Assembly: GCA_963789265.1 (NCBI GenBank)
Contig: CAWBKB010000005.1
Location: forward strand, 32,001-96,000
From: an uncultured delta proteobacterium
GTDB lineage: Bacteria; Desulfobacterota; Desulfomonilia; Desulfomonilales; Desulfomonilaceae
Direction of reading: 5' to 3'
DNA length: 64,000 nt
The notes below the pieces were generated by a model, which was not told where the DNA came from, made no database searches, and saw only the letters and a program-made list of their open reading frames with translations. Each line of letters begins with the position of its first letter. The stretch's first letter is position 1. This document shows, in pieces, positions 9,506 through 19,848 of the stretch. Made by a program: the position numbers and the translations under genes.

Positions 9506-10507
9506 TCAGAATACAATTTGGCCGTAAGCGGCGATTGAGGCCTGGTCGGACCATACCTTTGACCCGTTGAAGGACAAATTAAGTTGAAATAGACTATTGC
9601 TTAAATTGTGATCGCCATCCGTCAACAATCTCTTAAAATCACCTTCGACCCCTGCACTCAAAACGCCTTTTCGGAACAAACCCATGCTAACATAGAAATG
9701 CCAGCAGTGTCCGCCGGTGTTCTCCGTGGTTACACGATCCCCGATACGTAAAAGATGAAGGTCTTCATTCTTCGCGTGGATTAGAGCATAATCCACTTCT
9801 AACTCCAAGTCGAGTGTCGGGAATATGCTCGAAGTGGGACCGAGATTGAAACTGGTATTGAAAACTCCGCCGAAATATACGTGATTGAATGTTTGCTTGA
9901 AATCTATTCCATCGCCGGGCAAATCCAGCACATTGCCCGCCAGATCAGCTTGAGCGCCGTCATGCGTGGTGAAGTAGAAATACTGATATCTGTATCCTAA
10001 GAGAGGCTTCACACTGGAAAATACCGTCCAGGGCATGCTTATTGCTAGGTATGTGTCAAAAAGCAGGCCTTTGTTCAATCTGCATGCTGACTCGCTGAAA
10101 ATGGTCTTCTGAGTGGGATCCGCATCATCATCCCAATCGCTGTCCTGCATCTTCAATCCGCTTTCACGGCTCAGATTGACCCACCCTTCGGCACGCGCCG
10201 CCCATAATCGCGTCTCATATTTTCCGGACAGCCCCAAGAACCACTGGTCAATGGGGAACTCCAAGCGGCTGAGAGGATCTTGGAAGGGCGGCAACGGATT
10301 GGAAAACTGATATGAAGTGTAGCTATTGATAAACTTCTTAATGCCGATCGCCGGAACCATACGCGGAGAACTATTGACTGCGTTTACGGCCTCAGAAGCG
10401 TAAAAACCGCCTAAGAGACTTGAAAGGCCCGCAGCACGACCGTGAGCGGGGACAAAACAACACGAAGCAAGAACAACAAAAGCCGCTACGACTCCTCGGA
10501 CAACCAT
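9506..10507 (-). CDS. Omptin-family outer membrane protease
   Basis: Signal peptide; SRLEFPID; MQDSDW (Asp-x-Asp) and NEDLH (Asp-x-His) dyads; C-terminal Phe. Confidence 0.7.
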   Translation of the reverse strand: MVVRGVVAAFVVLASCCFVPAHGRAAGLSSLLGGFYASEAVNAVNSSPRMVPAIGIKKFINSYTSYQFSNPLPPFQDPLSRLEFPIDQWFLGLSGKYETRLWAARAEGWVNLSRESGLKMQDSDWDDDADPTQKTIFSESACRLNKGLLFDTYLAISMPWTVFSSVKPLLGYRYQYFYFTTHDGAQADLAGNVLDLPGDGIDFKQTFNHVYFGGVFNTSFNLGPTSSIFPTLDLELEVDYALIHAKNEDLHLLRIGDRVTTENTGGHCWHFYVSMGLFRKGVLSAGVEGDFKRLLTDGDHNLSNSLFQLNLSFNGSKVWSDQASIAAYGQIVF

Positions 10508-11678
10508 ACCACTTCCTTCAATAAAAGAGCCGGGACAGAACCGGCAAAACAAGAAAGTTTAGTGCGACACGAACAGACATCAGATGCGATACTCTTTCGG
10601 TACAAACGGGAGACCGGTTTTATGTCGTTTTGTAGAAAGATTAACGCAGTCTTGTCTGTCGCGAATTTCTTTACAACTACATCTTCCTTAAATATTTAAT
10701 TATTTCTTATATACTCGGTGAAATCATAATAACACGAACATAATGCCAAGTCAAGCCCGAATCTAGATTATATAATCAATACTATTTACTTGAGATAATC
10801 AGCATAACTAGTTTAACATTTAGTATAAATATTGTATTGGATTTGTAGTGGCCCCGCATGTACAATCCTACGGGCAGTTCGGCAGGGGGCGTCTTTTTTC
10901 ACGTTCATTCTGTTATGGACGCGCTCCCGGCACATGCTTGCGCGATTCTATTGAGACCCGGACCGTGCATATCTGCCTTTGAGCTTCTGCGACCTCGCAA
11001 GGTATCGGCGCATGTTTTCGCGGTTCCGCTGGGGTTTCTCAATAGGATTGAGACATTGTCGTTCGCGGGGTAGGAAATATGCATTAAAGAAAAAGGATTG
11101 CCGTGGTGAGGGCATCGCACGCTCTTAGGACACTTATACCGCCCACGCAGCCTATCATTTGAGTTGGCAGCCCAAAGCTTGGCCATACGTCAGGAACTCT
11201 TTATAAGCAGCAGACGTAGACCAGGGAGTAATCAGGAGGCTTTCATTTGCATTTGACGAGTCACGAGAAGCCAAGGGGGCGAGCCGATTTCACCCTGTTC
11301 AGCCATTTTTTTGCTGTATTTCTAATCCAGCAAATTTTCGCTGTGTTCGAAAGGGATTTGCACTCATGGCTTAATGAAAGTTTTCTGCATGCCAAATTAA
11401 TTGCCCAATGCTGTTTCTGGCTTCACGTGTATGGTAATTATACCATAATATCCAATTATTCCATGTATATCATATTATAGAGGTTAATATTATCGTAATA
11501 TATTATTGATATATATGGTCAGTAGTATAAAAAATGTCGCGGTCGCTATTATTACTTGACAAGAAGAACTTTTTATTCTAGAAATTTAACATTCCAAAAA
11601 TTTCGGTTTGTTCAATGGGCTATGCCTCTCAGAGATCTTGGGAAGGCTGGTGTTTTCTGCTGTTAGGAGGATATGGAT

Positions 11679-12665
11679 ATGAAGCGTGTCGTTGTACTTT
11701 GCATAGGAATTCTTGTCTTTGCCCTGATCCCGGCTGTGGTCCCCGCGCAAGGCTTGCTGCCCAATATTCCTCTGTTGGGCGGAGTATTCCGTGGGCCCAC
11801 TAGTTGCGGAGAGGGGACCCCATCCCTTGGACTGGGCCCTCTAGTCGGCTACGTAGGCTGGATGCCATACACCACGCGCGGTGTCGGCTTCGGTGTCGGT
11901 GGCTCCCTGGGCCAGTTCGATCAAAACTACGGTCTTAGTGGCGTCTGGTTCGGTGCTCAAGACACCTGCCTCTTGTCTAATTGGCTGGGTTTCATGGCGT
12001 CCGGTTGGTATTTAGTGCCTTCCAATGCGACCTCAACCGAAGTGTACAACAACGGCCTTTTCGGGGCGAGACCTTGGGACACATCTACCGAATGGTGGTA
12101 CGTAGACGGTGCCCTCCTCATCAACGGTCCGCACTGCCTCTCGCTTATTTTGGGCCTCCGTTACGATTATCATAACACCCAATTTTCGTATACCACTACT
12201 GCTTCTACCACCATCGACGGTGATCGTGTTATCTTCGGGTTGCCCACCGACCAGGCTACCGTGACGTCGGAGGGATGGATTCCCCTCATCGGCACTCAAG
12301 TTGCATACAGCGGCCCGACCACAGACCTGACGGTAAGAGTGGTAGGCTTTCCCGCGCTGCCCGGCAACATCGAGTACAGGGAGACTCTCGGGGCTCTGGG
12401 CAATCTTCTGGGCGGCGGTGGCGCGGGCAATGCTGACTTTAGCGGTACGTATTTCAACGGCTATTTTCTGGAAGTCTTTGCCGACTACACTCGAAAGTTC
12501 GGAGCCGGCGGGATCGGGGCGTTCGCGCGATGGAACATGACGCACGGAAACTCGAACGCAGATATCGCCCTTCCCATTGGGACCGCCAGCTACGCCTTGG
12601 GCTTCAACCGGACGTCCTGGACCTTTGGAGGCAGCGTTAGCTTAAGCTTCAACTCACCATTCTGA
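11679..12665 (+). CDS. Hypothetical outer membrane beta-barrel protein
   Basis: AGGAGG RBS; signal peptide; Gly/aromatic-rich amphipathic strands; ends VSLSFNSPF. Confidence 0.7.
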   Translation: MKRVVVLCIGILVFALIPAVVPAQGLLPNIPLLGGVFRGPTSCGEGTPSLGLGPLVGYVGWMPYTTRGVGFGVGGSLGQFDQNYGLSGVWFGAQDTCLLSNWLGFMASGWYLVPSNATSTEVYNNGLFGARPWDTSTEWWYVDGALLINGPHCLSLILGLRYDYHNTQFSYTTTASTTIDGDRVIFGLPTDQATVTSEGWIPLIGTQVAYSGPTTDLTVRVVGFPALPGNIEYRETLGALGNLLGGGGAGNADFSGTYFNGYFLEVFADYTRKFGAGGIGAFARWNMTHGNSNADIALPIGTASYALGFNRTSWTFGGSVSLSFNSPF

Positions 12666-12740
12666 TCGCTGACTTCGGAGAGAAGGTCGTTTGACCTTCT
12701 CTCTAGTCTTGTCGACTCCAAATATTCCACTGTTTGCTTG

Positions 12741-12778
12741 GGCGAACAACCCTCTTCGGAGGGTTTTGTTTTTTCGCC
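12741..12778 (+). terminator. Rho-independent terminator
   Basis: AACCCTC-TTCG-GAGGGTT followed by a T-rich tract. Confidence 0.75.
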
Positions 12779-12868
12779 AAACCGAGGTGCTACCAAAAGG
12801 CATTGCAAGGAAACCCGCGGCGATTCATATTAGTTAGATGAGACTAACTTAACTCTACCCTAGAGCAC

Positions 12869-13558
12869 TTGATGGAGCCAGCGGTGCCACCTACCGATGA
12901 ATATACCATGTGGTTGGAAAGAGCGCGGACGGGCAGGAATGTGGACCAGCTCGAGAAGTCTTATGAACTCTTGATGAAACTTGTGAAAAGTGTAGACCCT
13001 ATCACTATCGCGGAGATGACCGATGGCGAGTACAGAGGTGGTGATGGAGTCCCTCGGGTGGTGATCCCATTTCTCCATAGTTGGTTTGTCCTGGAATTGC
13101 TTCCGTACCGGATCCGGGCAGAGCATCAGATAATTGACACACTGCCGATGAAAGTACTGGTTTTGCAACATCTGATAGCGGCCGCAGAGAATCAAGGGAC
13201 GGCCGTAAGGGTGATGGGCGAGTGGATTGATTGTCGGTCATTGCGGCACGGTGCCGTGATGGGGGCCCATTTCTCTAAAACTACCTCTGAACTGCTCGAG
13301 CGCTACTTTGCCCTGGCCTGGAGCGATCGATTGTCCCGAGCGTTGCAGTGGGGCGGCAAACCGGTGGAATTGGGGGAAGAGGGATTCCTGTTCAAATTCT
13401 TTCCCAGATTGCCTGTCGCATTCATCCACTGGAACGCGGACCCGGAATTCCCTTCTTACAGCAAGATCCTTTACGATATCTCGGCCAGCAATTATATGCC
13501 AATTCACGGATTGGCCGCACTCACGGAGTTTCTGATCCACAGGTTGGCCGAGGGATAA
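12869..13558 (+). CDS. DUF3786-like (putative Fe-S associated) protein
   Basis: C-terminal FFPRLPVAFIHWNADPEFPSYSKILYD pattern recognised from DUF3786 proteins. Confidence 0.65.
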   Translation: MMEPAVPPTDEYTMWLERARTGRNVDQLEKSYELLMKLVKSVDPITIAEMTDGEYRGGDGVPRVVIPFLHSWFVLELLPYRIRAEHQIIDTLPMKVLVLQHLIAAAENQGTAVRVMGEWIDCRSLRHGAVMGAHFSKTTSELLERYFALAWSDRLSRALQWGGKPVELGEEGFLFKFFPRLPVAFIHWNADPEFPSYSKILYDISASNYMPIHGLAALTEFLIHRLAEG

Positions 13559-13612
13559 CACTGTGCCATCGGTTCGGGGCAAGTGCTTGATAGCGCGATG
13601 CTTAAATTCAGA

Positions 13613-13668
13613 GTAGGGCGGCCCGTGGCCGTCCCGCGCCTCGCGGGATCGGGCGTGGCCCGACCTAC
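13613..13668. repeat. GTAG...CTAC REP-like element with a nested hairpin
   Basis: GTAGGGCGGCC...GGCCGTCC and TCGGGC...GCCCGACCTAC, between convergent genes. Confidence 0.6.
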
Positions 13669-13773
13669 CCGTGGATCTGCGTCTGGATTAACCCCCCTTA
13701 ACGCGGGGCAGATTGGACAAAACTTTTGACAACCACTATAGCTGGTCCCTTTACCTGCTAAAGCATTCTCCCG

Positions 13774-14373
13774 TTAGGGTGTTTTGCCACTGGAAGGTTC
13801 GGATCCCAGCTTTTCTTTCAACTGCTTAACCCAGGGCCGAACCATCACGGCGTGAGGGCTATTCCCCGCTTTCTTCAAGAACAGCTCCCATGTCTTCAAT
13901 GCCCCGGCGTCGTCCTTGATGTCGTCTCTAAGCACAATTCCGAGGTTGAACAGGGCCATTGGATGTACCGGATTTACTGCCAAGGCTTGGCGAAATGCTT
14001 TGACGGATTCTTCGGGTTTCCCAATCTTCCGATAGCTGATCCCCATATAGAACATGACGTCGGCATTGCGGGCATCGATCTTTAAAGCTTTCTTGTAGGT
14101 CCCGACGGCTTCGGCATAATCGCCCGCGTTAAAATAGGAGTTCCCCAGTAACACGAGATTGTCAAGATCCTTCGGCTTGAGTTTCAGTCTTTTCTTCAGA
14201 TCGGCTATTCTGGCTCTTAATTCAACTTGTTGGTCTCGTTCTTTGTTCACGGTGCGCGAGCCTTGCACGGCTCCGACACCGTTGTCCAGTTTCCAGGCCG
14301 AAAATACTATCCCGGCTAAGAAGCCCGCAGCAAAGAATCCCAACCACCCGAACCACAAAGAGTTCTTCTTCAC
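13774..14373 (-). CDS. Membrane-anchored tetratricopeptide repeat protein
   Basis: N-terminal TM helix and three TPR-like repeats (LGNSYF...A, MGISY...., ALFNLGIV). Confidence 0.85.
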   Translation of the reverse strand: MKKNSLWFGWLGFFAAGFLAGIVFSAWKLDNGVGAVQGSRTVNKERDQQVELRARIADLKKRLKLKPKDLDNLVLLGNSYFNAGDYAEAVGTYKKALKIDARNADVMFYMGISYRKIGKPEESVKAFRQALAVNPVHPMALFNLGIVLRDDIKDDAGALKTWELFLKKAGNSPHAVMVRPWVKQLKEKLGSEPSSGKTP

Positions 14374-14593
14374 TAAATCTACTCCAGGTCAACTTTCTTT
14401 TAGGGTAACACAAGCGGCTGCGGCATGGAAGAGAGGCATCGAACCGAGGAAATGTGGAACTGGAAACCTTTTCGCGAAGACCAAATCCGTGGTAAGGTCG
14501 GACTGACGGCGATTCCAAACAACGGAATCAATTCTAGGCTTGCTGTTCGGAATGGTCCACATCGGCAAGGAAGAACTCTCAGGAGAGCTGTTC

Positions 14594-15859
14594 ATGGAAG
14601 ACCTGAAGCGAAAATATAGGACAGTCATGGATGATCATTTCCCGGAGACAATGAAGATTATCTTCGGGAATCAGGAGTTGGAATACAGAAAGCGGACATG
14701 GAAAATTGCCGATTCGTCTGGGGCTTTAGTGGAAAAGGGTCTACGTTACGGCGAAAATCCCGGCCAAGAGGCAGCACTTTACGAATTGACCTCGGGCAAC
14801 CTAGCGTTGGGCGATTGCAAGTTTGTGGGGCCGGGAAAAGGTTTGGTCAGCTCGCTGAGCGAACCGGAGATGATCCAAGCTGGGAAGCACCCGGGCAAGA
14901 TAAATCTCACCGATGTGGACAACGCGCTAAATATACTAACATTTCTTATGAAATCACCTGCCTGCGCGATAATGAAGCACAACAATCCTTGCGGTGTGGC
15001 GGTTCATGAAAATATGTCGCAAGCATATTACCGGGCCAATATGGCTGACCGCATAGCTGCGTTCGGCGGGGCAGCGGTTTTTAATCGTGCGATGGACAAA
15101 GTTACCGCGGAATTGATCGCCCAGAACTACCTCGAAGTAGTAGCTGCACCCGATTTCGAAGAAGGTACCGTGGAGGTTCTTTCCAGGCGCAGGAATTTGC
15201 GGATACTGGCCGTACCGGGGATCGATAGACTTCAGGACTACTTATTCGCTCGCTACGTTGATTTCAAATCTCTCATGGACGGCGGAATTATAGTTCAACA
15301 ATCTTCGGTGAACTCCATTCTGTCGCCGGGAGACCTTGTTCCGGCCCGGGCGCGCCATCGGGACAAGGAATATGTGATAAAACGTCTCCCAACGGAGCGT
15401 GAAGTCCAGGACATGATTTTCGGCTGGGCTGTTGAGCAAGGCGTGACATCCAATTCAGTTTTGTATGTGAAAGACGGCTGCACAGTGGGTATCGGGACAG
15501 GCGAGCAAGACCGGGTTGGCGTCGCGGAACTGGCGGTAGTCAAAGCATACACGAAATACCGGGATCGCCTATCTTTCGAGCACCATAAGGTACCCTTCAA
15601 CGAACTGAAGGACGCGATGATTCGCGAAGGCCTGGACTTGGAAACGCGGCAGTATAAGGCCGGCTTGCTCGGATCGGTAATGGTTTCTGACGCTTTTTTT
15701 CCATTCAGAGACGGAGTGGATGTAGGAATAAGGGAAGGCGTCTCTGCAATAGTTCATCCTGGCGGCTCCGAACGAGACTTCGAGTCGATTCAGGCTTGCA
15801 ATGAAGCGACCCCTCAGGTGACCATGATGTTCACAAACCAACGAGCTTTCAGGCATTGA
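14594..15859 (+). CDS. purH: PurH-family protein containing only the AICAR transformylase domain
   Basis: LRYGENPGQ, KHNNPCG, SNSV, GEQDRV, SDAFFPFRDG, HPGGS, RAFRH; AGGAGAG RBS; no MGS-like N-terminal domain. Confidence 0.8.
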   Translation: MEDLKRKYRTVMDDHFPETMKIIFGNQELEYRKRTWKIADSSGALVEKGLRYGENPGQEAALYELTSGNLALGDCKFVGPGKGLVSSLSEPEMIQAGKHPGKINLTDVDNALNILTFLMKSPACAIMKHNNPCGVAVHENMSQAYYRANMADRIAAFGGAAVFNRAMDKVTAELIAQNYLEVVAAPDFEEGTVEVLSRRRNLRILAVPGIDRLQDYLFARYVDFKSLMDGGIIVQQSSVNSILSPGDLVPARARHRDKEYVIKRLPTEREVQDMIFGWAVEQGVTSNSVLYVKDGCTVGIGTGEQDRVGVAELAVVKAYTKYRDRLSFEHHKVPFNELKDAMIREGLDLETRQYKAGLLGSVMVSDAFFPFRDGVDVGIREGVSAIVHPGGSERDFESIQACNEATPQVTMMFTNQRAFRH

Positions 15860-15917
15860 GCCGGTCGACTGTTGTCGGCCTAGTCCGGGGAGTGGACATC
15901 GGGTCGGGAAACGAAAG

Positions 15918-16607
15918 ATGATAAAGGGACACCTTGCCGTCTTGCTACTTGGGATTGTGGTATTGCAGCCCGGGCTTTCAGCCGCACTTACCTTCCAGGA
16001 AGTGGACAGCCGCATTCAGGCTAGCGATACCGCGCTAAAAGCTGCTCTGGCTATGCCCGAGCGGGGTATTCCAAAAGACTTGCTCCAAAGATGCAGAGGA
16101 CTGGCAATTTTCCCGGCGGTCCTCAAGGTGGGACTAGTATTGGGGGTGACCTTCGGGAGAGGAATTGTCCTTAGGAGAGACGAGAAGACCGGCCAATGGA
16201 GCGGCCCCGCTTTCTTCACTATTCGCGGTGGTAGTGTGGGGCTTCAAGCAGGCGCACAGGCCACTGATCTTATTCTCCTCATAATGAACGAGGAAGGTGT
16301 TGAAGGACTTCTGGAAGATAAATTCACGCTCGGGGCGGATGTTTCGGTTGCCGCGGGCCCTATAGGGAGGATGGCTTCGGCGGAAACTAATGTCCGACTC
16401 AACTCGGGCATTTTGTCTTATTCGAGATCAAAGGGCCTGTTCGCAGGCTTTGCCCTCAAAGGCGCAGAACTCGAACCTGACCAGGAGGCCAACGAGGTCT
16501 ACAATGGCAAGGGGATCACGGTCCAGGACGTCCTTTACGAAGGCAAAGGGTCCATTTCAGACAATGCCCGCCTTCTTATCAAGAGCTTGGACGACGCAAC
16601 CCGATAA
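15918..16607 (+). CDS. Lipid-binding SYLF (Ysc84) domain protein
   Basis: Signal peptide; WSGPAF, GGSVGLQAG, YSRSKGLFAG. Confidence 0.9.
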   Translation: MIKGHLAVLLLGIVVLQPGLSAALTFQEVDSRIQASDTALKAALAMPERGIPKDLLQRCRGLAIFPAVLKVGLVLGVTFGRGIVLRRDEKTGQWSGPAFFTIRGGSVGLQAGAQATDLILLIMNEEGVEGLLEDKFTLGADVSVAAGPIGRMASAETNVRLNSGILSYSRSKGLFAGFALKGAELEPDQEANEVYNGKGITVQDVLYEGKGSISDNARLLIKSLDDATR

Positions 16608-16697
16608 GCAAGCGCGCTACATATCAATCCCTATGAAATCCCTGTTCGCCCAAAATGTCGGCGCAGTCTCCAAGTAGATGCCGGAGTCGCGCTGAGA

Positions 16698-17366
16698 ATG
16701 GAAGAAGATGCTTTGACCCAAGGCAACCGTAATGCCGAAAAGAAAGCGTTCCAACAACAACATTCCTTAAAAACGTGCGCTTCTCCGATCGTTCTGATTA
16801 CGGCGGTCGTCTGTTTCCTAGTTTATCCAAACGCCTGTTCCAGCCAACAGACGTTCGAAGAACCTTCTTCGAAGATAGTGATCCTGAAGCAGAGGCACAT
16901 CCTGGAGTTCCACCAAAACGGCAAGCCTGTAAGGACTTACAAGGTAAGTCTGGGATTAAACTCGCATGGTAGCAAGCGGGTCGCCGGCGATGAAAAGACC
17001 CCGGAGGGAGAGTATTTCATCTGTTACAAGAATGCCGCGAGCCGTTTCCATCGCTTCCTGGGTATCAGCTACCCAAGCGCGGCAGACGCCCAGACTGCGT
17101 TTGAGAGTGGTCTAATATCACTCGATAAAAGGGATTATATCGTAAACAGCCTTAAAAGCGGGAAAGCCCCTCCCTGGGACACTGCATTGGGGGGCTGGGT
17201 CGGAATTCATGGCTATCCGAGCAATGAAAATCAGAGAATATGGGTGACGCTTCTCTACCCCAAACCTGAAGACTGGACCGACGGATGTGTAGCAATGTGG
17301 AACTTTGAAATTGAGGAGCTTTTTCCCAAGGTTTCCCTGGGAACACCCGTTATTATCTCGCCCTGA
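16698..17366 (+). CDS. L,D-transpeptidase family protein (YkuD/YafK-like)
   Basis: GDEKTPEGEY, GISYP, GIHG...WTDGC catalytic His/Cys. Confidence 0.9.
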   Translation: MEEDALTQGNRNAEKKAFQQQHSLKTCASPIVLITAVVCFLVYPNACSSQQTFEEPSSKIVILKQRHILEFHQNGKPVRTYKVSLGLNSHGSKRVAGDEKTPEGEYFICYKNAASRFHRFLGISYPSAADAQTAFESGLISLDKRDYIVNSLKSGKAPPWDTALGGWVGIHGYPSNENQRIWVTLLYPKPEDWTDGCVAMWNFEIEELFPKVSLGTPVIISP

Positions 17367-17440
17367 ATCTCATTGTCGTATGCGGCACGTGCTGAAAGTT
17401 GGAGCCTGTTCCGCCGGGGGTACCCATTGAGATTCACTAC

Positions 17441-18094
17441 CTATGGTGTTGAGTTCCTTTGAGACTGATCCTTGCGGGGGCTGGTTTTGGCAAGGTCCTG
17501 CTCGTTCTGTTTCAGGTAGTTCTCGGCCTGCCGGATCAAGTTCTTCAGGTCAGGTACTGACATCGTGTGTAGGTAATCTATTTCTCCCTGGATCTCCTTC
17601 AAGATGTTGGTGAGTTTAGCCTGCCGCTCTTCAACAACCAGGAGAGTCGCGGCAACTTCCGTGGAAAGACCCGAGAGGCCAAGAATCCGCTTTCTGCTCA
17701 ACATCCAGATTGTGACCGGGAAAGCTATGGCTATCATTATCAGGGCAATTACCATCAGCCTTACATACGCGATCAGTTGCGCTCCGAGCATTTTGTTGAC
17801 GTAAGATCGCTCCTCTGATTTTTCGCCTGTTTTCTTGATGGATTCGAGAGTTTTCTCGATCATTGCTATGCGCTCGTCCTGAGTCAACTTTGACTGATCT
17901 GCGGCATTCTCTTCAGCAGCTTGGGCACCTGACGTCAAAACTTCAGACTTTGGGGGAACGGGAATCCCCGTTGTTTCCTGACCAAAGACTCCGATCTCGT
18001 TCAGGCAGCAGAATGTCGCAACTAATGTCAGGCAACACACACACCTGATAATGAAGAAAACAACTTGCCTCATGTCCGACTTTCTGTCTGTCAT
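17441..18094 (-). CDS. Hypothetical membrane protein with coiled-coil segments
   Basis: Signal/TM segment, one internal TM and a heptad-like C-terminus; 13 nt downstream of the PLP enzyme, so probably co-transcribed. Confidence 0.6.
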   Translation of the reverse strand: MTDRKSDMRQVVFFIIRCVCCLTLVATFCCLNEIGVFGQETTGIPVPPKSEVLTSGAQAAEENAADQSKLTQDERIAMIEKTLESIKKTGEKSEERSYVNKMLGAQLIAYVRLMVIALIMIAIAFPVTIWMLSRKRILGLSGLSTEVAATLLVVEERQAKLTNILKEIQGEIDYLHTMSVPDLKNLIRQAENYLKQNEQDLAKTSPRKDQSQRNSTP

Positions 18095-18107
18095 TTTCGT
18101 AACCCCA

Positions 18108-19331
18108 TCATTTGATAATGCCTATTTCCTTTCCTACGCGCCCACATATCTCGACGACTTTTTTCAAGTCCTCCAAAGTATGCGTCGCCATCAGACACAT
18201 TCTTATTCTTTGAGCCCCTTGCTGCACTCCCGGAGCCAAAATGCAATTTGTAAAGAGCCCCTCATCAAAGAGGCGTTTCCAGAAGTAAAGAGTGCGCATA
18301 TCGTCTCCCACAATTAAGGGGACAATGGGAGTCTGAGTCGGCCCCGGATCAAACCCCAGAGCAACAATCCCTTCCATTAGGAAGCGCGTGTTCTCCCAAA
18401 GACGCTCCCTGATTTGCGGCTCGGTTTGGATCACCTCAAGCGCGGCCTGAACGGCCGCTATAGCAGATGGAGGCATGGAGGCCGAAAAGATCAAGGCCCG
18501 GGAGTGATGCTTGATATATGAAATGACACGCTCCTCCCCCGCAACGAAACCGCCCAGGGAGGCAAAGGACTTGCTGAAGGTCCCCATAACCAGATCGACC
18601 TGATCTGTTAGGCCGAAGTGCTCGAGAGTTCCCGCGCCGGTTTTGCCCAGCACTCCCAGGCCGTGGGCGTCATCCACCATGATCCTGGCACCGAACTCCT
18701 TAGCGGTTGCTACGATTTCCGGAAGGGGGGCGATGTCTCCTTCCATGCTGTACACGCCATCAACAATTACAAGTATCCCATCGGAGTCAGAGCTGGCTTC
18801 AAGATTCCTGCGAAGAGACTCAGCATCGTTGTGGCGGAATCTCCTCACCTTGCCGAAGCCAAGGCGAACCGCATCAAGAATGCTCGCATGTACTAGACGG
18901 TCCACAATTACCGTGTCAGTCCTCATGAGGAGGGGGGCAATGACGCCTTGATTGGTCAAGAATCCGGTGGTGAAGACCAAGGCTGCATCCTTCCCGACGA
19001 AGCGAGCAAGTGACGCCTCGAGCTTCTCGTGGAGATCGAGAGTGCCGTTGAGGAACCGGGAACCCGAACAGCTAGTTCCGAACTCCTCCAGCGCTCGCAT
19101 AGCGGCCTGCTTGACCTTGGGATGAGTGGTCAGCCCCAAATAGTTGTTGGAGCCGACCATTATCGTGTCTCGCCCATCTACAGTGCAATGGGGGCCGTTT
19201 AGTGCAGAAATTGCTCTGAAGTACGGGTAGATCCCTGATGATATGGCTTCTGCCAGACCCAGTTCCATACCGTTTTCAGAAATAACAGGATCACGGGTAA
19301 ACGAAAAGCATTTCTCAAAAAGATCGGACAT
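18108..19331 (-). CDS. PLP-dependent alpha-oxoamine synthase, probably serine palmitoyltransferase
   Basis: GSNNYLGL, GSRFLNGT, HASI, DGVYSMEGD, VDDAHG, GTFSKS (PLP Lys); N-terminal GIYPYFR. Confidence 0.85.
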   Translation of the reverse strand: MSDLFEKCFSFTRDPVISENGMELGLAEAISSGIYPYFRAISALNGPHCTVDGRDTIMVGSNNYLGLTTHPKVKQAAMRALEEFGTSCSGSRFLNGTLDLHEKLEASLARFVGKDAALVFTTGFLTNQGVIAPLLMRTDTVIVDRLVHASILDAVRLGFGKVRRFRHNDAESLRRNLEASSDSDGILVIVDGVYSMEGDIAPLPEIVATAKEFGARIMVDDAHGLGVLGKTGAGTLEHFGLTDQVDLVMGTFSKSFASLGGFVAGEERVISYIKHHSRALIFSASMPPSAIAAVQAALEVIQTEPQIRERLWENTRFLMEGIVALGFDPGPTQTPIVPLIVGDDMRTLYFWKRLFDEGLFTNCILAPGVQQGAQRIRMCLMATHTLEDLKKVVEICGRVGKEIGIIK

Positions 19332-19778
19332 GGTGCAATTTTCCCGTCTGATTGGACCTTCTGCCGCTATCCCCAACGGCTTCGCAGAGAATGACAGGCA
19401 ATGTGGACGGGATGCTTACTCTTCCTCATTTCAAGGTAACGTTCAGCCCAAAGACGACTGCCTGGGTAAAATTGAATCGGGCTGGTCGCAGAGAGCCCGA
19501 TAGCGCGTGAGATCACCGTCACGAGGAGCTGCCCCTTCATGCTTTTAGCCGACCACTACTCTGTGTCGGGAGTGCCGCTCAATTCGTTCAGGGTAAAGCG
19601 CCAAATGACTCCTCAAGATTCCCGGGAGACTACCGGACGGTCCTCAAGCCTCCAATTATTTATGCCCTACACACGCGCAACTCGTCAAGCTTTGGACTCG
19701 AATGCAAATAGCCCGCGGATCGGTCCATTTTTAAACAATGAGAAGAAGGTCACATCGAATGTCCGCGATTCTGAAAAG

Positions 19779-19812
19779 TGATAAAGAGGGCCTGAGGAGG
19801 CCCTCTTTATCA
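19779..19812 (-). terminator. Terminator-like hairpin after the sat operon
   Basis: Perfect 15-bp stem TGATAAAGAGGGCCT-gagg-AGGCCCTCTTTATCA. Confidence 0.7.
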
Positions 19813-19848
19813 TTCAAGCGCCGGCTTTTGCGAAGCCAATGAAGCACG

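Noticed and set aside
19332..19690. Long leader with hairpins upstream of the SPT-like gene, considered as a riboswitch
   Set aside because: Only generic hairpins and no recognisable riboswitch consensus; it would need an Rfam search.
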